A DNA stretch of 64,000 bases from a virus. The notes under the pieces were generated by a model. The model was not told where the DNA came from. It worked only from the letters and a program-made list of their open reading frames with translations, and searched no databases. This document shows, piece after piece, positions 19,449 through 28,937 of the stretch. The stretch lies in IMG/VR virus record IMGVR_UViG_3300000553_000014, positions 24,303-88,302 of that record. The stretch is one strand, 5' to 3'. Position 1 is the stretch's first letter. Each line of letters starts with the position of its first letter. The translations under genes were made by a program, and so were the position numbers.

Positions 19449-19480
19449 AATTTAAATCAATTAACTAATAAAGCCATAAT

Positions 19481-20185
19481 ATGTCTGCAATAAAAACTCT
19501 TTTAGGTGAAAAAATAGATTCACCATTATCAGCATTTAATAATTTCATGATTGATATTTCTGATGAATTTAATAATATTTTTTATCCAAATTCTAAAAAA
19601 ATAAGTCAATTATTAATAAAAAATCAAATTCTTTTTGAAGATAATACCATAACATTATTTAATTTTATTAAAATAATTTATGCAAATGAAAAATTTGTAT
19701 ATCAGTTTTGTGGATTAATTGATGCACATAGATGTGATTTAATTAAAATTTCACTTGAAAACAAATCAAAAATATTTCAAATATTCCAAAAATATTTATT
19801 TATATATAACGATATTCGTAGTAATTATGATGAAACAATTTCTCAAAAATATGTTGAAAATATATATAATAAAATAATTAAAAATAAATCTGTTGAAACT
19901 GAAATGTTTTTAATTCCATTTAAAAATAAAATAAATCATTTATATGATGTTAAAGATAAAACATTAGATAAATTATATTCGAAATATAGTTATGTAATAA
20001 CTTTTACTCATAATAAATCAATTATTGAATATAATATTATTAGGGTTTTATCTTCTGATTTAGATGAATCAAAATCAATAGAAAATACAAGATTTTTAGA
20101 AAAAGATTACATTAAAACTGATACAGTGCATTTACGAAATTTAAATCAATTTTTACTTAAACTATTTTATTACGGGGAAATATGA
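19481..20185 (+). CDS. hypothetical protein
   Basis: 234-aa ORF. Confidence 0.7.
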   Translation: MSAIKTLLGEKIDSPLSAFNNFMIDISDEFNNIFYPNSKKISQLLIKNQILFEDNTITLFNFIKIIYANEKFVYQFCGLIDAHRCDLIKISLENKSKIFQIFQKYLFIYNDIRSNYDETISQKYVENIYNKIIKNKSVETEMFLIPFKNKINHLYDVKDKTLDKLYSKYSYVITFTHNKSIIEYNIIRVLSSDLDESKSIENTRFLEKDYIKTDTVHLRNLNQFLLKLFYYGEI

Positions 20186-22146
20186 TAGAAGAAAATTACA
20201 TAGATGAAGAATTACTTTTAGAAGACCAACAAGAAAAAGATTCATTTAAATCTTTTTATGATTTGAGTTTTGTAACAAAAGATGATATAATTGAAGCAAT
20301 TAAAGTATGTTTAAAAGTATCACCATTAATAAATGCTTCAAATACTTTAGTTAATAGTGTTTATTCAATATTGACATCTCTTTATATTGATAATAAAAAA
20401 TATGTTATAATTGAAGCTCCAACAGGTAGTGGTAAAACCATTATTGGATTTATTGTTTACTTTTGTACATTATATTTACATCAAAAATTTGATAGAAATA
20501 TAATTCCTGGAGAAGCTAAACAAGAACCTTTTGAAGCTTTAACATATTTTTTAACATCATCAAAAATGTTACAAGAACAAATTGATAAAGATTTAGATAG
20601 ATTTGAATTCCGTAATCATATTTCAATGTTGAAAGGTACAGTAAATTATAATTGTATTGATGCAACAACTCAAGAAATAAAAAATCAAAAAAAATTAGCT
20701 ATAGGTGGAAAATTTGTTGATTTAACAAATGTTTCTATTAAATATTCGGATAGAAGTTGTATTGGATTAAATATGGCTGAAAGAGAAATGTTTTTTTCTC
20801 ATTGTAATTCAATTTGTCCTTATCAATTAGCAAGAAGTGAAGCATCTGAAAAATCATGTTCAGTTTTAAATTATGCTTATTTTTTAAATGTATTAAGAAG
20901 TGAATTTAATCCATTTTTTGGAATAAGATATTTAACAATTGCTGATGAAGCTCATTTAATTCCTGATATTGTTTGTAATATATTTAATTATGAATTTACA
21001 CAATATTTATGTAATAGAATTTTAAAAGTTTTACAAGAACTTAATTATACTTATGGAGCTCAATATATTGATGAAATTAGAGAAAAATTAACTCCATGTT
21101 TTAAATTTTTTCAAACAGAATTTGAAAATGATTCAAAACAAAATGCTTTAAAAGTTTTAATACATTTTACAACTTTAGTAGATTTTGAAAAAGAATTTTC
21201 AAAATTAAAATTACTTAAACCAGAAATATTAAATACACATAAAGTTCAATTAAGTAAAATTGATGAAGATTTAAAATCAATTATTTTATGGTTTGATAAT
21301 ATTGATAAATTAATAAAAGAAAGACCAGAAGATGTTTATTATGAATCTGAACTTATTGCACATGATAAAGTTTCAGGACAAAAAGTTTATAAACATATTG
21401 TTAAAGATTTATCTGAAGCTGAAATGGTAAAAAAATATTTTTTATCAAAATTGAATAAAGGAATTTTTATGTCTGCAACTCTTGGCAATATTGATGAATT
21501 TGCTGAATTAATGGGAATGAAAAAAGAAGAATATTCTGGATTCAGATTAAAATCAACTTTTGATTTTGAAAAATCACCAATATCAATTACAAAATCAGGT
21601 TGGTTAAATTATGCAAATTTTGATAAAAATATTGATAAGGTTTTAATGGATGCAATAAAAATTTGTGAAAATACACATCCAAAAGAAAAAGGAATTATTC
21701 ATACATCAACATTTAAAATCTGTGATTTATTAAAACAAAAAATTCAATTAGGTATTGTTAAAGATACTGAAAGATATTTGTTTTATAAAACTTCAGAAGA
21801 AAAAGAAAATTGTGTTAAAAAATTAATGAATAGTCAAACACCTTATATTATAATTGGACCTTCTTTGTATGAAGGTCTTGATTTAAAAGATGATAAGGGT
21901 CGTTTTAATATTCTGATAAAAGCTCCGTATGCACAATTATCACCATATATTAAAAAGAAAATTGAAAGATTTCCATTTTGGTATAATAGAAATGTACTTG
22001 AAAAAATTGTTCAAGCAATTGGGAGAACAAATCGTTCAGTAAAAGATTATTCAAAAGTGTATTTATTAGATTCTTGTTTTGATAAAATAATTTACGATTG
22101 TAATGAGGATATAACAAACCGTATAATTTATAAATCTATTTATTAG
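20182..22146 (+). CDS. DinG/XPD-family SF2 helicase
   Basis: EAPTGSGKT, Fe-S-type cysteines (NYNC...C...CPY), DEAH, MSATL, EGLD and QAIGRTNR. Confidence 0.9.
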   Translation: MIEENYIDEELLLEDQQEKDSFKSFYDLSFVTKDDIIEAIKVCLKVSPLINASNTLVNSVYSILTSLYIDNKKYVIIEAPTGSGKTIIGFIVYFCTLYLHQKFDRNIIPGEAKQEPFEALTYFLTSSKMLQEQIDKDLDRFEFRNHISMLKGTVNYNCIDATTQEIKNQKKLAIGGKFVDLTNVSIKYSDRSCIGLNMAEREMFFSHCNSICPYQLARSEASEKSCSVLNYAYFLNVLRSEFNPFFGIRYLTIADEAHLIPDIVCNIFNYEFTQYLCNRILKVLQELNYTYGAQYIDEIREKLTPCFKFFQTEFENDSKQNALKVLIHFTTLVDFEKEFSKLKLLKPEILNTHKVQLSKIDEDLKSIILWFDNIDKLIKERPEDVYYESELIAHDKVSGQKVYKHIVKDLSEAEMVKKYFLSKLNKGIFMSATLGNIDEFAELMGMKKEEYSGFRLKSTFDFEKSPISITKSGWLNYANFDKNIDKVLMDAIKICENTHPKEKGIIHTSTFKICDLLKQKIQLGIVKDTERYLFYKTSEEKENCVKKLMNSQTPYIIIGPSLYEGLDLKDDKGRFNILIKAPYAQLSPYIKKKIERFPFWYNRNVLEKIVQAIGRTNRSVKDYSKVYLLDSCFDKIIYDCNEDITNRIIYKSIY

Positions 22147-22182
22147 AGTATAAATTGTTTTAAATAAATTAATTTGATTGGG

Positions 22183-22219
22183 AAAGAGGTTTCAATATTA
22201 TTTTGATTACCTTTTTTTT
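22183..22219 (+). terminator. probable intrinsic terminator
   Basis: aaagaggtttcaa / ttgattacctttt followed by a T run. Confidence 0.5.
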
Positions 22220-22231
22220 ATTTAATATGAA

Positions 22232-22261
22232 TGCTTATTTTTTATTAAAATAATGGATATA
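22232..22261 (+). promoter_or_regulatory. phage promoter motif copy 7 (TGCTTA variant)
   Basis: TGCTTA-N16-TGGATATA. Confidence 0.75.
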
Positions 22262-22292
22262 TAAATTATTACAAATTTTAAAAAAATATATT

Positions 22293-22718
22293 ATGTTGGA
22301 TATATCAAGTAAAGGAAAACGTGTTATACAAGAAATAAGTACACATATTGCAATAGTAAGTGATAATGAAGAATTTATTGAAATTTATGAAAAAGAAATT
22401 TCTCCATTTCCTGAAAAACATTTATTATCATTATCAATTGATAATGTTCAAGGAAGATTAAATATATTTAAAGAATTTGAAGAAACTAATCGTCAAAATA
22501 AAGAAGAATTTTATGAGGCTGTTATTGATATGGAAGAAAATCTTAGAGAACCTTCAAAAGAAAATGGAAATAAAATGGAAATGTTTACAAAAATAACAAA
22601 TAAAATTTATACAAGAGCTGATATAATTCATGCTTATACTTCTGGACATCATGATGGAAAATTTGGAATAACTCATGCAAATGGATTAAGTGCTTATCGT
22701 GAACAACAAAAATTATAA
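22293..22718 (+). CDS. hypothetical protein
   Basis: ORF after promoter motif. Confidence 0.7.
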   Translation: MLDISSKGKRVIQEISTHIAIVSDNEEFIEIYEKEISPFPEKHLLSLSIDNVQGRLNIFKEFEETNRQNKEEFYEAVIDMEENLREPSKENGNKMEMFTKITNKIYTRADIIHAYTSGHHDGKFGITHANGLSAYREQQKL

Positions 22719-22721
22719 CAA

Positions 22722-23132
22722 ATGAAAAATAGTCAAATACATAATGGATTTTCACAAAAGGAAGTTCGAAATTTTTTAGCAATATCTTTAATTAAATGTT
22801 TTGAAAAATTAAATAATGAAGCAAATAATAAAACAAATATTGCACAACCAAAAACAAATGATATAAATCCATTTAAATGGCAAGTTTATCTAATTAAAAA
22901 AGAAATTGAAACTTTACAAATAAAACTCGAAATTGCTGAAGAACAAAAAGCAATTTTTTCTTTAATTATTAATAATGGATGGGAAGAATTTGATGTTAGT
23001 GATGAAACTTATAATGATTCAAAATATAAACTTATGTTGAATTTTATTGGTACAAAAAAAGAATATGAAGAATTATTAAATCATATTAATTTAGAAAGTA
23101 ATAGTAATAAAGTAATAATGGGGAATGAATAA
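22722..23132 (+). CDS. hypothetical protein
   Basis: ORF track. Confidence 0.7.
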   Translation: MKNSQIHNGFSQKEVRNFLAISLIKCFEKLNNEANNKTNIAQPKTNDINPFKWQVYLIKKEIETLQIKLEIAEEQKAIFSLIINNGWEEFDVSDETYNDSKYKLMLNFIGTKKEYEELLNHINLESNSNKVIMGNE

Positions 23133-23159
23133 TTTTTAATAATTTAAATAAATAATCAA

Positions 23160-24014
23160 ATGAAAAAAGTAATTTTTATCTTAGTGTTAATGTTAACACT
23201 ACAAATTAGTTATGGTCAAACTTTAAAAACCGAAAAAGAAAAATATAAAGATGGTATAATGACTTATCAAGGTTATGATAAGTCTGAAACAGGAGAATTT
23301 ATTAAACATGGAACTTTTAAATTTGTTGAAAATTTAAAAGGAAAATATGGTAGTTATAATGTTTTAGTAACAGGAACATTTAAAAATGGCTTTCGAAATG
23401 GTTTATGGACATATTCTATAAAACAAATAGATGCTGAAAATAATAATGGTTCATTTACAACAGGAAATTTATTATATACTCAAATGTTTAAAGATGGAAT
23501 ACCTAATGGATTATGTAATTATAATAATACTTATAAAACTCGAGAAATAATTTGTGATTATTATGGTCATTGTAAATGGGGAATTTATAGTAAAATTGAA
23601 AATGAATCAGCAAATTTTAATTTTAAAAATGGTAAAGCTATTGGAATAGTGAAATTTAAAATTAATGGAATTGCAAAAGTTTTGAATTTAAATCAAAATG
23701 GAATAATAATGGATAAAACATTAAAAGTTTTAAATGGTGCAACTTGGACAATTGAAACATTTAATAATGGAAAATTAACCAGAACAATTGAAAAAATTGA
23801 TGGTGGAAGTGTTTTAAGTAATTATATTCCAGATTCAATTAATGTCCGATTAGATACTGTTGGAATTAATTATTTATATACTGATGGTTTAGGTGAATTA
23901 TTTATAAATGATTATTTTAATCATTGGGGAGGTGATAAAACAATAACTGAAAGTGGATATTTGAATAGATTTTATGGTATATGTATTCGACCAAATAAAA
24001 TTAAAATTGAATAA
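23160..24014 (+). CDS. secreted protein with MORN/YwqK-like beta repeats
   Basis: Signal peptide MKKVIFILVLMLTLQISYGQ and repeats such as GTFKNGFRNGLW, FKDGIPNG and FKNGKAIG. Confidence 0.7.
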   Translation: MKKVIFILVLMLTLQISYGQTLKTEKEKYKDGIMTYQGYDKSETGEFIKHGTFKFVENLKGKYGSYNVLVTGTFKNGFRNGLWTYSIKQIDAENNNGSFTTGNLLYTQMFKDGIPNGLCNYNNTYKTREIICDYYGHCKWGIYSKIENESANFNFKNGKAIGIVKFKINGIAKVLNLNQNGIIMDKTLKVLNGATWTIETFNNGKLTRTIEKIDGGSVLSNYIPDSINVRLDTVGINYLYTDGLGELFINDYFNHWGGDKTITESGYLNRFYGICIRPNKIKIE

Positions 24015-24030
24015 TCATGATTAAATTATT

Positions 24031-24060
24031 TGTCCATTTTATTTAAAAATGATGGATATA
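24031..24060 (+). promoter_or_regulatory. phage promoter motif copy 8
   Basis: TGTCCA-N16-TGGATATA. Confidence 0.8.
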
Positions 24061-24087
24061 TAAATTAATATAAATAATCAAAATTTT

Positions 24088-24318
24088 ATGGTAGAAAAAT
24101 CTGATGAAATAATTTCAAAAGGTCCTAATTTTTCAAAAGTTGAAAATGAGGATTTAATCTTTATATTAAAAGCAAATTTTGATAGAATAAAACGTGATGC
24201 AAATGATTTAGATAATAAATATATTCATCAAATGTTAAAAGAATATTTAATTCGAAATCTTACTCAAAATAATGAAGTTAAAAAAATCATTGAACGTTTA
24301 GAACAATTAATAAGTTAA
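24088..24318 (+). CDS. hypothetical protein
   Basis: ORF after promoter motif. Confidence 0.7.
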   Translation: MVEKSDEIISKGPNFSKVENEDLIFILKANFDRIKRDANDLDNKYIHQMLKEYLIRNLTQNNEVKKIIERLEQLIS

Positions 24319-24320
24319 TT

Positions 24321-24881
24321 ATGGAAGAAAAAATTATATCTTTAAATGATTTAGATTTTGAAAATTCAATAGCTACATTTGCTGTTAAGAAACGTTATTT
24401 AATTAATGTAAAAAGAGAAATTTATGAATTTGGTAAGAAAAATTTATATTCAATTTATTTAACAGATAAATATTCTTTATCTTCAAACCAAGATTGTAAA
24501 TTAAATGAATTTGTTGGATGGGATATTGAAGATAATGTAAATTTTGATTCAGAAGGAATTAATTTTGTATTAGAACAATTACAAACTAAACCAATTATAT
24601 TAAAAACTCCTGATTGTCTTGAAGATGAAGATGAATATATTAAATTATCTGGTAAAAAAACATTTGCTGAAGATGTTTATTTTTCCAAAAAAGATAAAAT
24701 TAATTTAATAGCAAAAATAGCTCCAATAGCATATAAAATTGTTGCTCATGACCAATCTTCTCATAATAAAGAATTATTAAATCTTTCTGAAGATGAATAT
24801 TATAATATTCATAGAGATTTACCAAAAGCAATTGTTTTAAAATCACTTCAAATAGTTAATGAAATTTTAAATATTGTATAA
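24321..24881 (+). CDS. hypothetical protein
   Basis: 186-aa ORF. Confidence 0.7.
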   Translation: MEEKIISLNDLDFENSIATFAVKKRYLINVKREIYEFGKKNLYSIYLTDKYSLSSNQDCKLNEFVGWDIEDNVNFDSEGINFVLEQLQTKPIILKTPDCLEDEDEYIKLSGKKTFAEDVYFSKKDKINLIAKIAPIAYKIVAHDQSSHNKELLNLSEDEYYNIHRDLPKAIVLKSLQIVNEILNIV

Positions 24882-25131
24882 CATGGCAATAATTACAAAA
24901 GTAATAAAATTAGTATTAACTCCAATTTTTAATATTGAAAATGGAAAAATTATTGATGATTTAAAAGTTCAAAAACGTCAATATAATGAACATTCAAAAT
25001 TAGAATTTGAAAATATAAAAACAAAAGAATCTCGTGAAGATACTTTAATAAATGTATCTATTTATGATGATTTGATAATTGAAGATGAAGAAAAATTAAA
25101 AATTCTATCTATGTTTACTAAACCAATTTAA
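24874..25131 (+). CDS. hypothetical protein
   Basis: ORF track. Start may be 24883. Confidence 0.6.
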   Translation: MYNMAIITKVIKLVLTPIFNIENGKIIDDLKVQKRQYNEHSKLEFENIKTKESREDTLINVSIYDDLIIEDEEKLKILSMFTKPI

Positions 25132-25142
25132 AATTAATTTTT

Positions 25143-25313
25143 ATGATATTACTAATATGGTTTTTTACAGTTATTGGTTATATTATATTTATTTTTTGGA
25201 AAATTAGTTTATTTAAACAATATTCGGTATTAAAAATACTGAATAATATTCATTCACATTATAATTTTATCAAATCTCTGAGGGGTGGGAATGTGCTCAG
25301 AGATTATGGATAG
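25143..25313 (+). CDS. possible 56-aa membrane peptide
   Basis: ATG 25143 to TAG 25313, MILLIWFFTVIGYIIFIFWK. Below the ORF-track cutoff and overlapping a structured-RNA candidate. Confidence 0.35.
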   Translation: MILLIWFFTVIGYIIFIFWKISLFKQYSVLKILNNIHSHYNFIKSLRGGNVLRDYG

Positions 25314-25409
25314 ATAGACTGAGTTAACTTAGAAATATATTTTAACTGAACATTTATTAACATTAAAAATTGTAGAATATGTGTAGTATTTTAGATTTAG
25401 TGAATGAAT
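25248..25409 (+). ncRNA. candidate structured RNA
   Basis: 10-bp closing helix attcattcac/gtgaatgaat enclosing a 10-bp hairpin aatctctgag/ctcagagatt. Confidence 0.35.
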
Positions 25410-25618
25410 TAACTTTGGTATTAGAAAATCAAATTAAACAACTTTTATGTAATGTCATTGAAATTGTGATTTTATCAACCAACATTATTTCCAAAAAATT
25501 ATATTTTATATTCTTTGAGCACAATTACACTTATTGCTCATTCGAATATGGTTAGTAGCTTATAATTTAATAGAATAAATAATTTTAAATATATAAAGAA
25601 TAAAAATTTTTTAAAAAT

Positions 25619-25660
25619 AAAATCCTCTGAATTTTGAAATTAAAAAATTCAGAGGATTTT
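25619..25660. terminator. hairpin / probable terminator
   Basis: aaaatcctctgaatttt / aaaattcagaggatttt. Confidence 0.55.
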
Positions 25661-25665
25661 CTTAA

Positions 25666-25710
25666 AAGAAATTCAGTTGGTGAATATAATGGTTCGAATC
25701 CATTTTTCTT
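25666..25710 (+). ncRNA. anticodon-less tRNA-like element A
   Basis: aagaaa/tttctt stem, D-like hairpin ttc-AGTTGGT-gaa and T-arm aatgg-TTCGAAT-ccatt. Confidence 0.5.
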
Positions 25711-25733
25711 ACAAATTAAATATCGAAAATAAA

Positions 25734-26336
25734 ATGAAACACCCAAACTCAACATATAGTGATTTTATTAATTCATTAATGAAATTAAGAAGAGATTCAT
25801 TAATATTAAAACAATCATCAAATAAAGCTATCTTAGTTTTAAATATTGATAATACTCAAATAACTTTTAATACAACACAAATGTGTTGGAAAGTTATTTC
25901 AATTAATGAAAAATTAAATTTTGAAAATTGGAATCCTGAAATTAATAAAGTAATAGAATTTCTTGATAATTTTGAAGAATACCAAATATTAATTGCTATA
26001 CAAGATTTTGAAGACCAATCAAATGAAAATTTATCAAAACTTGATGGAACAATACTTATTACAAAATGTTTACAAATATTAGATTTGTTAAAAAATCCTG
26101 AAAATGATATTATTCCAGCTCCTGAAATTAATCTCAAAACAACTGAAAATAACAATTATTCAATATTTTATGATTTTAAAACAGAAATGTATAATGTAAC
26201 AAGTGATAATGATATTGCTAATTATAGCACTCCAAATGATTTTATTCCAAATTTATTAAAACTTTGTACTTATACAGAAGTTTCAAAAGCATTAAATAAT
26301 TGTTATATTAATCAAAAAATACATATTAAACATTAA
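25734..26336 (+). CDS. hypothetical protein
   Basis: ATG 25734 is preferred over TTG 25677, which overlaps the tRNA-like element. Confidence 0.7.
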   Translation: MKHPNSTYSDFINSLMKLRRDSLILKQSSNKAILVLNIDNTQITFNTTQMCWKVISINEKLNFENWNPEINKVIEFLDNFEEYQILIAIQDFEDQSNENLSKLDGTILITKCLQILDLLKNPENDIIPAPEINLKTTENNNYSIFYDFKTEMYNVTSDNDIANYSTPNDFIPNLLKLCTYTEVSKALNNCYINQKIHIKH

Positions 26337-26337
26337 T

Positions 26338-27138
26338 ATGATAATTGAAAATGATTCTAAAGAAGGTGAAACCAAGATATTAAGATTAAAACCTTTAGTA
26401 TCTTGGTGGAAATCTGCTGACCCATGTTTATACATTAATAATTGGATTAATAAACTTTCAGATATTAATATAATACAAACAAAAAGACTTTCAGATGAAT
26501 TTATTCAAATTTGTATAAAAGAAAAAAATCGAATTTTTTTACATATTAATATTACAGGAATGGGACAAACACAATTTGAACCTGCAATTCCAACAGTTAA
26601 AGAAACTTTTTTTCAAATAAAAAAATTAATAAATTTAGGATTTCCACAAAAACAAATTTTAGTTATTGTTGACCCAATTTTACCTAATGAAAATGGTTTA
26701 AGAGCTTTAAAATTATTATTACGTATTTTTACTGAACATAAAGATTTAAAATTACGATTTGTTAGATTTCGAGTATTAAATTATACTAAATTAGATGGAG
26801 ATAAATTTACTATTGGAAATATTAATATTGCAAAAAGACAAGCTGTTAAAAGTGTTTTACCATATTTAACAAGTTCACAAGAATTTTGGAAAGATTATTA
26901 TAAATTAATTAATGATTATCAAACAATTATTTCTGTTGATAAAGGTGAAGAACCTTTAATTGGAATAAGAGAATTATTACCATTTGGATATAAAAATGAA
27001 TGGTTTGAAAATGGTGTTAGGGAAAAAATTATTGAATATACAAATGGAAATAAATTCAAACCAATTGTAGAAATAATATCTTCAACAAAACCTGTAAGAT
27101 GTAAAAATCATTGTTTACTTTGTTATCATTTATATTAA
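26338..27138 (+). CDS. DUF1848-like (radical-SAM-fold-related) protein
   Basis: HINITG...EPAIP, DPI and a C-terminal CxxxCxxC (CKNHCLLCY). Confidence 0.6.
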   Translation: MIIENDSKEGETKILRLKPLVSWWKSADPCLYINNWINKLSDINIIQTKRLSDEFIQICIKEKNRIFLHINITGMGQTQFEPAIPTVKETFFQIKKLINLGFPQKQILVIVDPILPNENGLRALKLLLRIFTEHKDLKLRFVRFRVLNYTKLDGDKFTIGNINIAKRQAVKSVLPYLTSSQEFWKDYYKLINDYQTIISVDKGEEPLIGIRELLPFGYKNEWFENGVREKIIEYTNGNKFKPIVEIISSTKPVRCKNHCLLCYHLY

Positions 27139-27142
27139 AAAT

Positions 27143-27430
27143 ATGGATATTAAAAAACCTGAAATAAAAACAGTTGAAGTTAGGGAAAATCAAGAAATTA
27201 AAAAAATTGAAGTTCCAATAAAAGAACTTAATTTATCAAATGATTTTAAATTTGAATTTACTAAACCTGTATATTCTTTTAAATGTTCTATATGTGGTGA
27301 ATCAGAAGAAGTACAAAGTTTTTCTTATGTTGGAATTTTGATTTGTAAACAATGTTTAAAAGATTTGAAAGAAATAATTTTAGAAAAACGAATAAAATTT
27401 ATCATTAATAATATGAATTCAATTCATTAA
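27143..27430 (+). CDS. Zn-finger hypothetical protein
   Basis: CSICG...ICKQC. Confidence 0.65.
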   Translation: MDIKKPEIKTVEVRENQEIKKIEVPIKELNLSNDFKFEFTKPVYSFKCSICGESEEVQSFSYVGILICKQCLKDLKEIILEKRIKFIINNMNSIH

Positions 27431-27469
27431 TGATTTAAATTAAAAATAAATTAATTTTTTTTTCAAAAT

Positions 27470-27499
27470 CTCCCATATTATAGAAAAATAATGGATATA
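27470..27499 (+). promoter_or_regulatory. phage promoter motif copy 9
   Basis: CTCCCA-N16-TGGATATA. Confidence 0.7.
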
Positions 27500-27553
27500 A
27501 TAATTAATACAAATTATATATTAATTATTTTATGTGAACTAATAATTTTTTAA

Positions 27554-27832
27554 ATGTCTAAAGAAATAAATCTATCGGAAATAGACTGGAACAAATTATC
27601 AATTGAAGAATTTCATGCTTTAGAACAAGAATTATTAACTAAACAAAAAATTCTTAAATCATCACAAATTAAAGATAGAGTTTCAGGATTTACAAATGTA
27701 AGTATTCACGGAAATATGTACAAAATAAAAACTATAACCTATCAACGTTTAAAATTGATGAAAAGTGGAAAATCGAAAGAAAAATTAATTCAAGAAATTA
27801 TAAACACCCATGAAATAATTCCTAATATATAA
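27554..27832 (+). CDS. hypothetical protein, short member of paralog family
   Basis: C-terminal VSIHGNMYKI...KEKL block shared with 27880 and 36439. Confidence 0.7.
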   Translation: MSKEINLSEIDWNKLSIEEFHALEQELLTKQKILKSSQIKDRVSGFTNVSIHGNMYKIKTITYQRLKLMKSGKSKEKLIQEIINTHEIIPNI

Positions 27833-27879
27833 AAAATAACATTTAGTAAATAATTTTAATAATTAAAAATTTTTTGGTC

Positions 27880-28467
27880 ATGTCAAAAACAAACGACGCA
27901 AATGAAAGCGAAAACGCTTTAACTGATGGTTTAGAAGCAGCTACAACAACCACAGAAACAACAACTGATGCAACAACAACTGATGCAACAACAAAAGTAA
28001 AAAAAGAACAAACTCCTGAAGAACTTGCTGTAATTACAGCCGGTATTGCAAAAATTAAAGAATTTGGAGTATCTGAAAAATTCGCAAAAGTTATGGACAC
28101 TCTTTGTCCTGCTTGGAATGATACTGATAAAGATACTTTAACAGCAAGAAAAGAAGAAGTTATTAAGGAATTTGGTGGTTCAGAAGCTTTAAAAGATTAT
28201 GTTGACACAGATTTCCAAAAAGAATTACAAGCAATTCAAGGAACTGCAAAAGTTGCATCAATCTTAAATAACATTAAGAGTTTTTATGCAAGAAGAACTT
28301 CTACTGGTAAGACAAAAACTGTTCAGGTTAATATTAGTGGAACATTATATAATGTTGATGCTGCATATTATGCTGAAATTTCTTCACAACCAAAAGATGT
28401 TAAAAAGGAATTGTTACTTGCTCATGCTGGTACAGTTGAAGCAACAAACATTTGCGAAATTCTTTAA
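27880..28467 (+). CDS. hypothetical protein, paralog of 36439..37131
   Basis: MSK...GLE plus a Thr-rich linker, and C-terminal VNISGTLYNV...KELL. Confidence 0.8.
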   Translation: MSKTNDANESENALTDGLEAATTTTETTTDATTTDATTKVKKEQTPEELAVITAGIAKIKEFGVSEKFAKVMDTLCPAWNDTDKDTLTARKEEVIKEFGGSEALKDYVDTDFQKELQAIQGTAKVASILNNIKSFYARRTSTGKTKTVQVNISGTLYNVDAAYYAEISSQPKDVKKELLLAHAGTVEATNICEIL

Positions 28468-28493
28468 TTCCGGGTTATTTATAATCTGCTAAA

Positions 28494-28920
28494 TTTGAAA
28501 AAGTGATTTAATGATTGAGATAATTAATCACAAAAAATTTTTCAAAACTTGATTGGTAGTAATTTTTATTAAGCCATAATTTATATTTTATATAATCAAT
28601 CAATTTATAACTTCAAATTTCTCAATTAGTTCAATCAATTTGCCTCTGGTTATTCGATTTGCATTTATCGATTTTTTGCTTGGCGTGTCATATATGTGTT
28701 ATTTTAATAAACTAATTATTTGAAGTTATTTGTTTTTAATATTTGTTTAGAATTTACCTATTGTGTATTATTCATATTGCTGCTATATTGCTGCTTGAAA
28801 TTTTAAATTTATTTTGAATTTCTGAATTTTACTGGTTTATTCACTACTTATATTGGGTGAGAGTTAACTTAAAAAAATGTAGGACTGTGTCCTGAGTCTC
28901 TCAATAGAAATACCCGCAAT
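28494..28920 (+). ncRNA. candidate large structured ncRNA
   Basis: ORF-free interval with multiple nested helices, e.g. ataacttcaaat/atttgaagttat, aattagtt/aactaatt, tgagag/ctctca and aggac/gtcct. Confidence 0.4.
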
Positions 28921-28937
28921 CAAAAAGTTTTCTGGTT

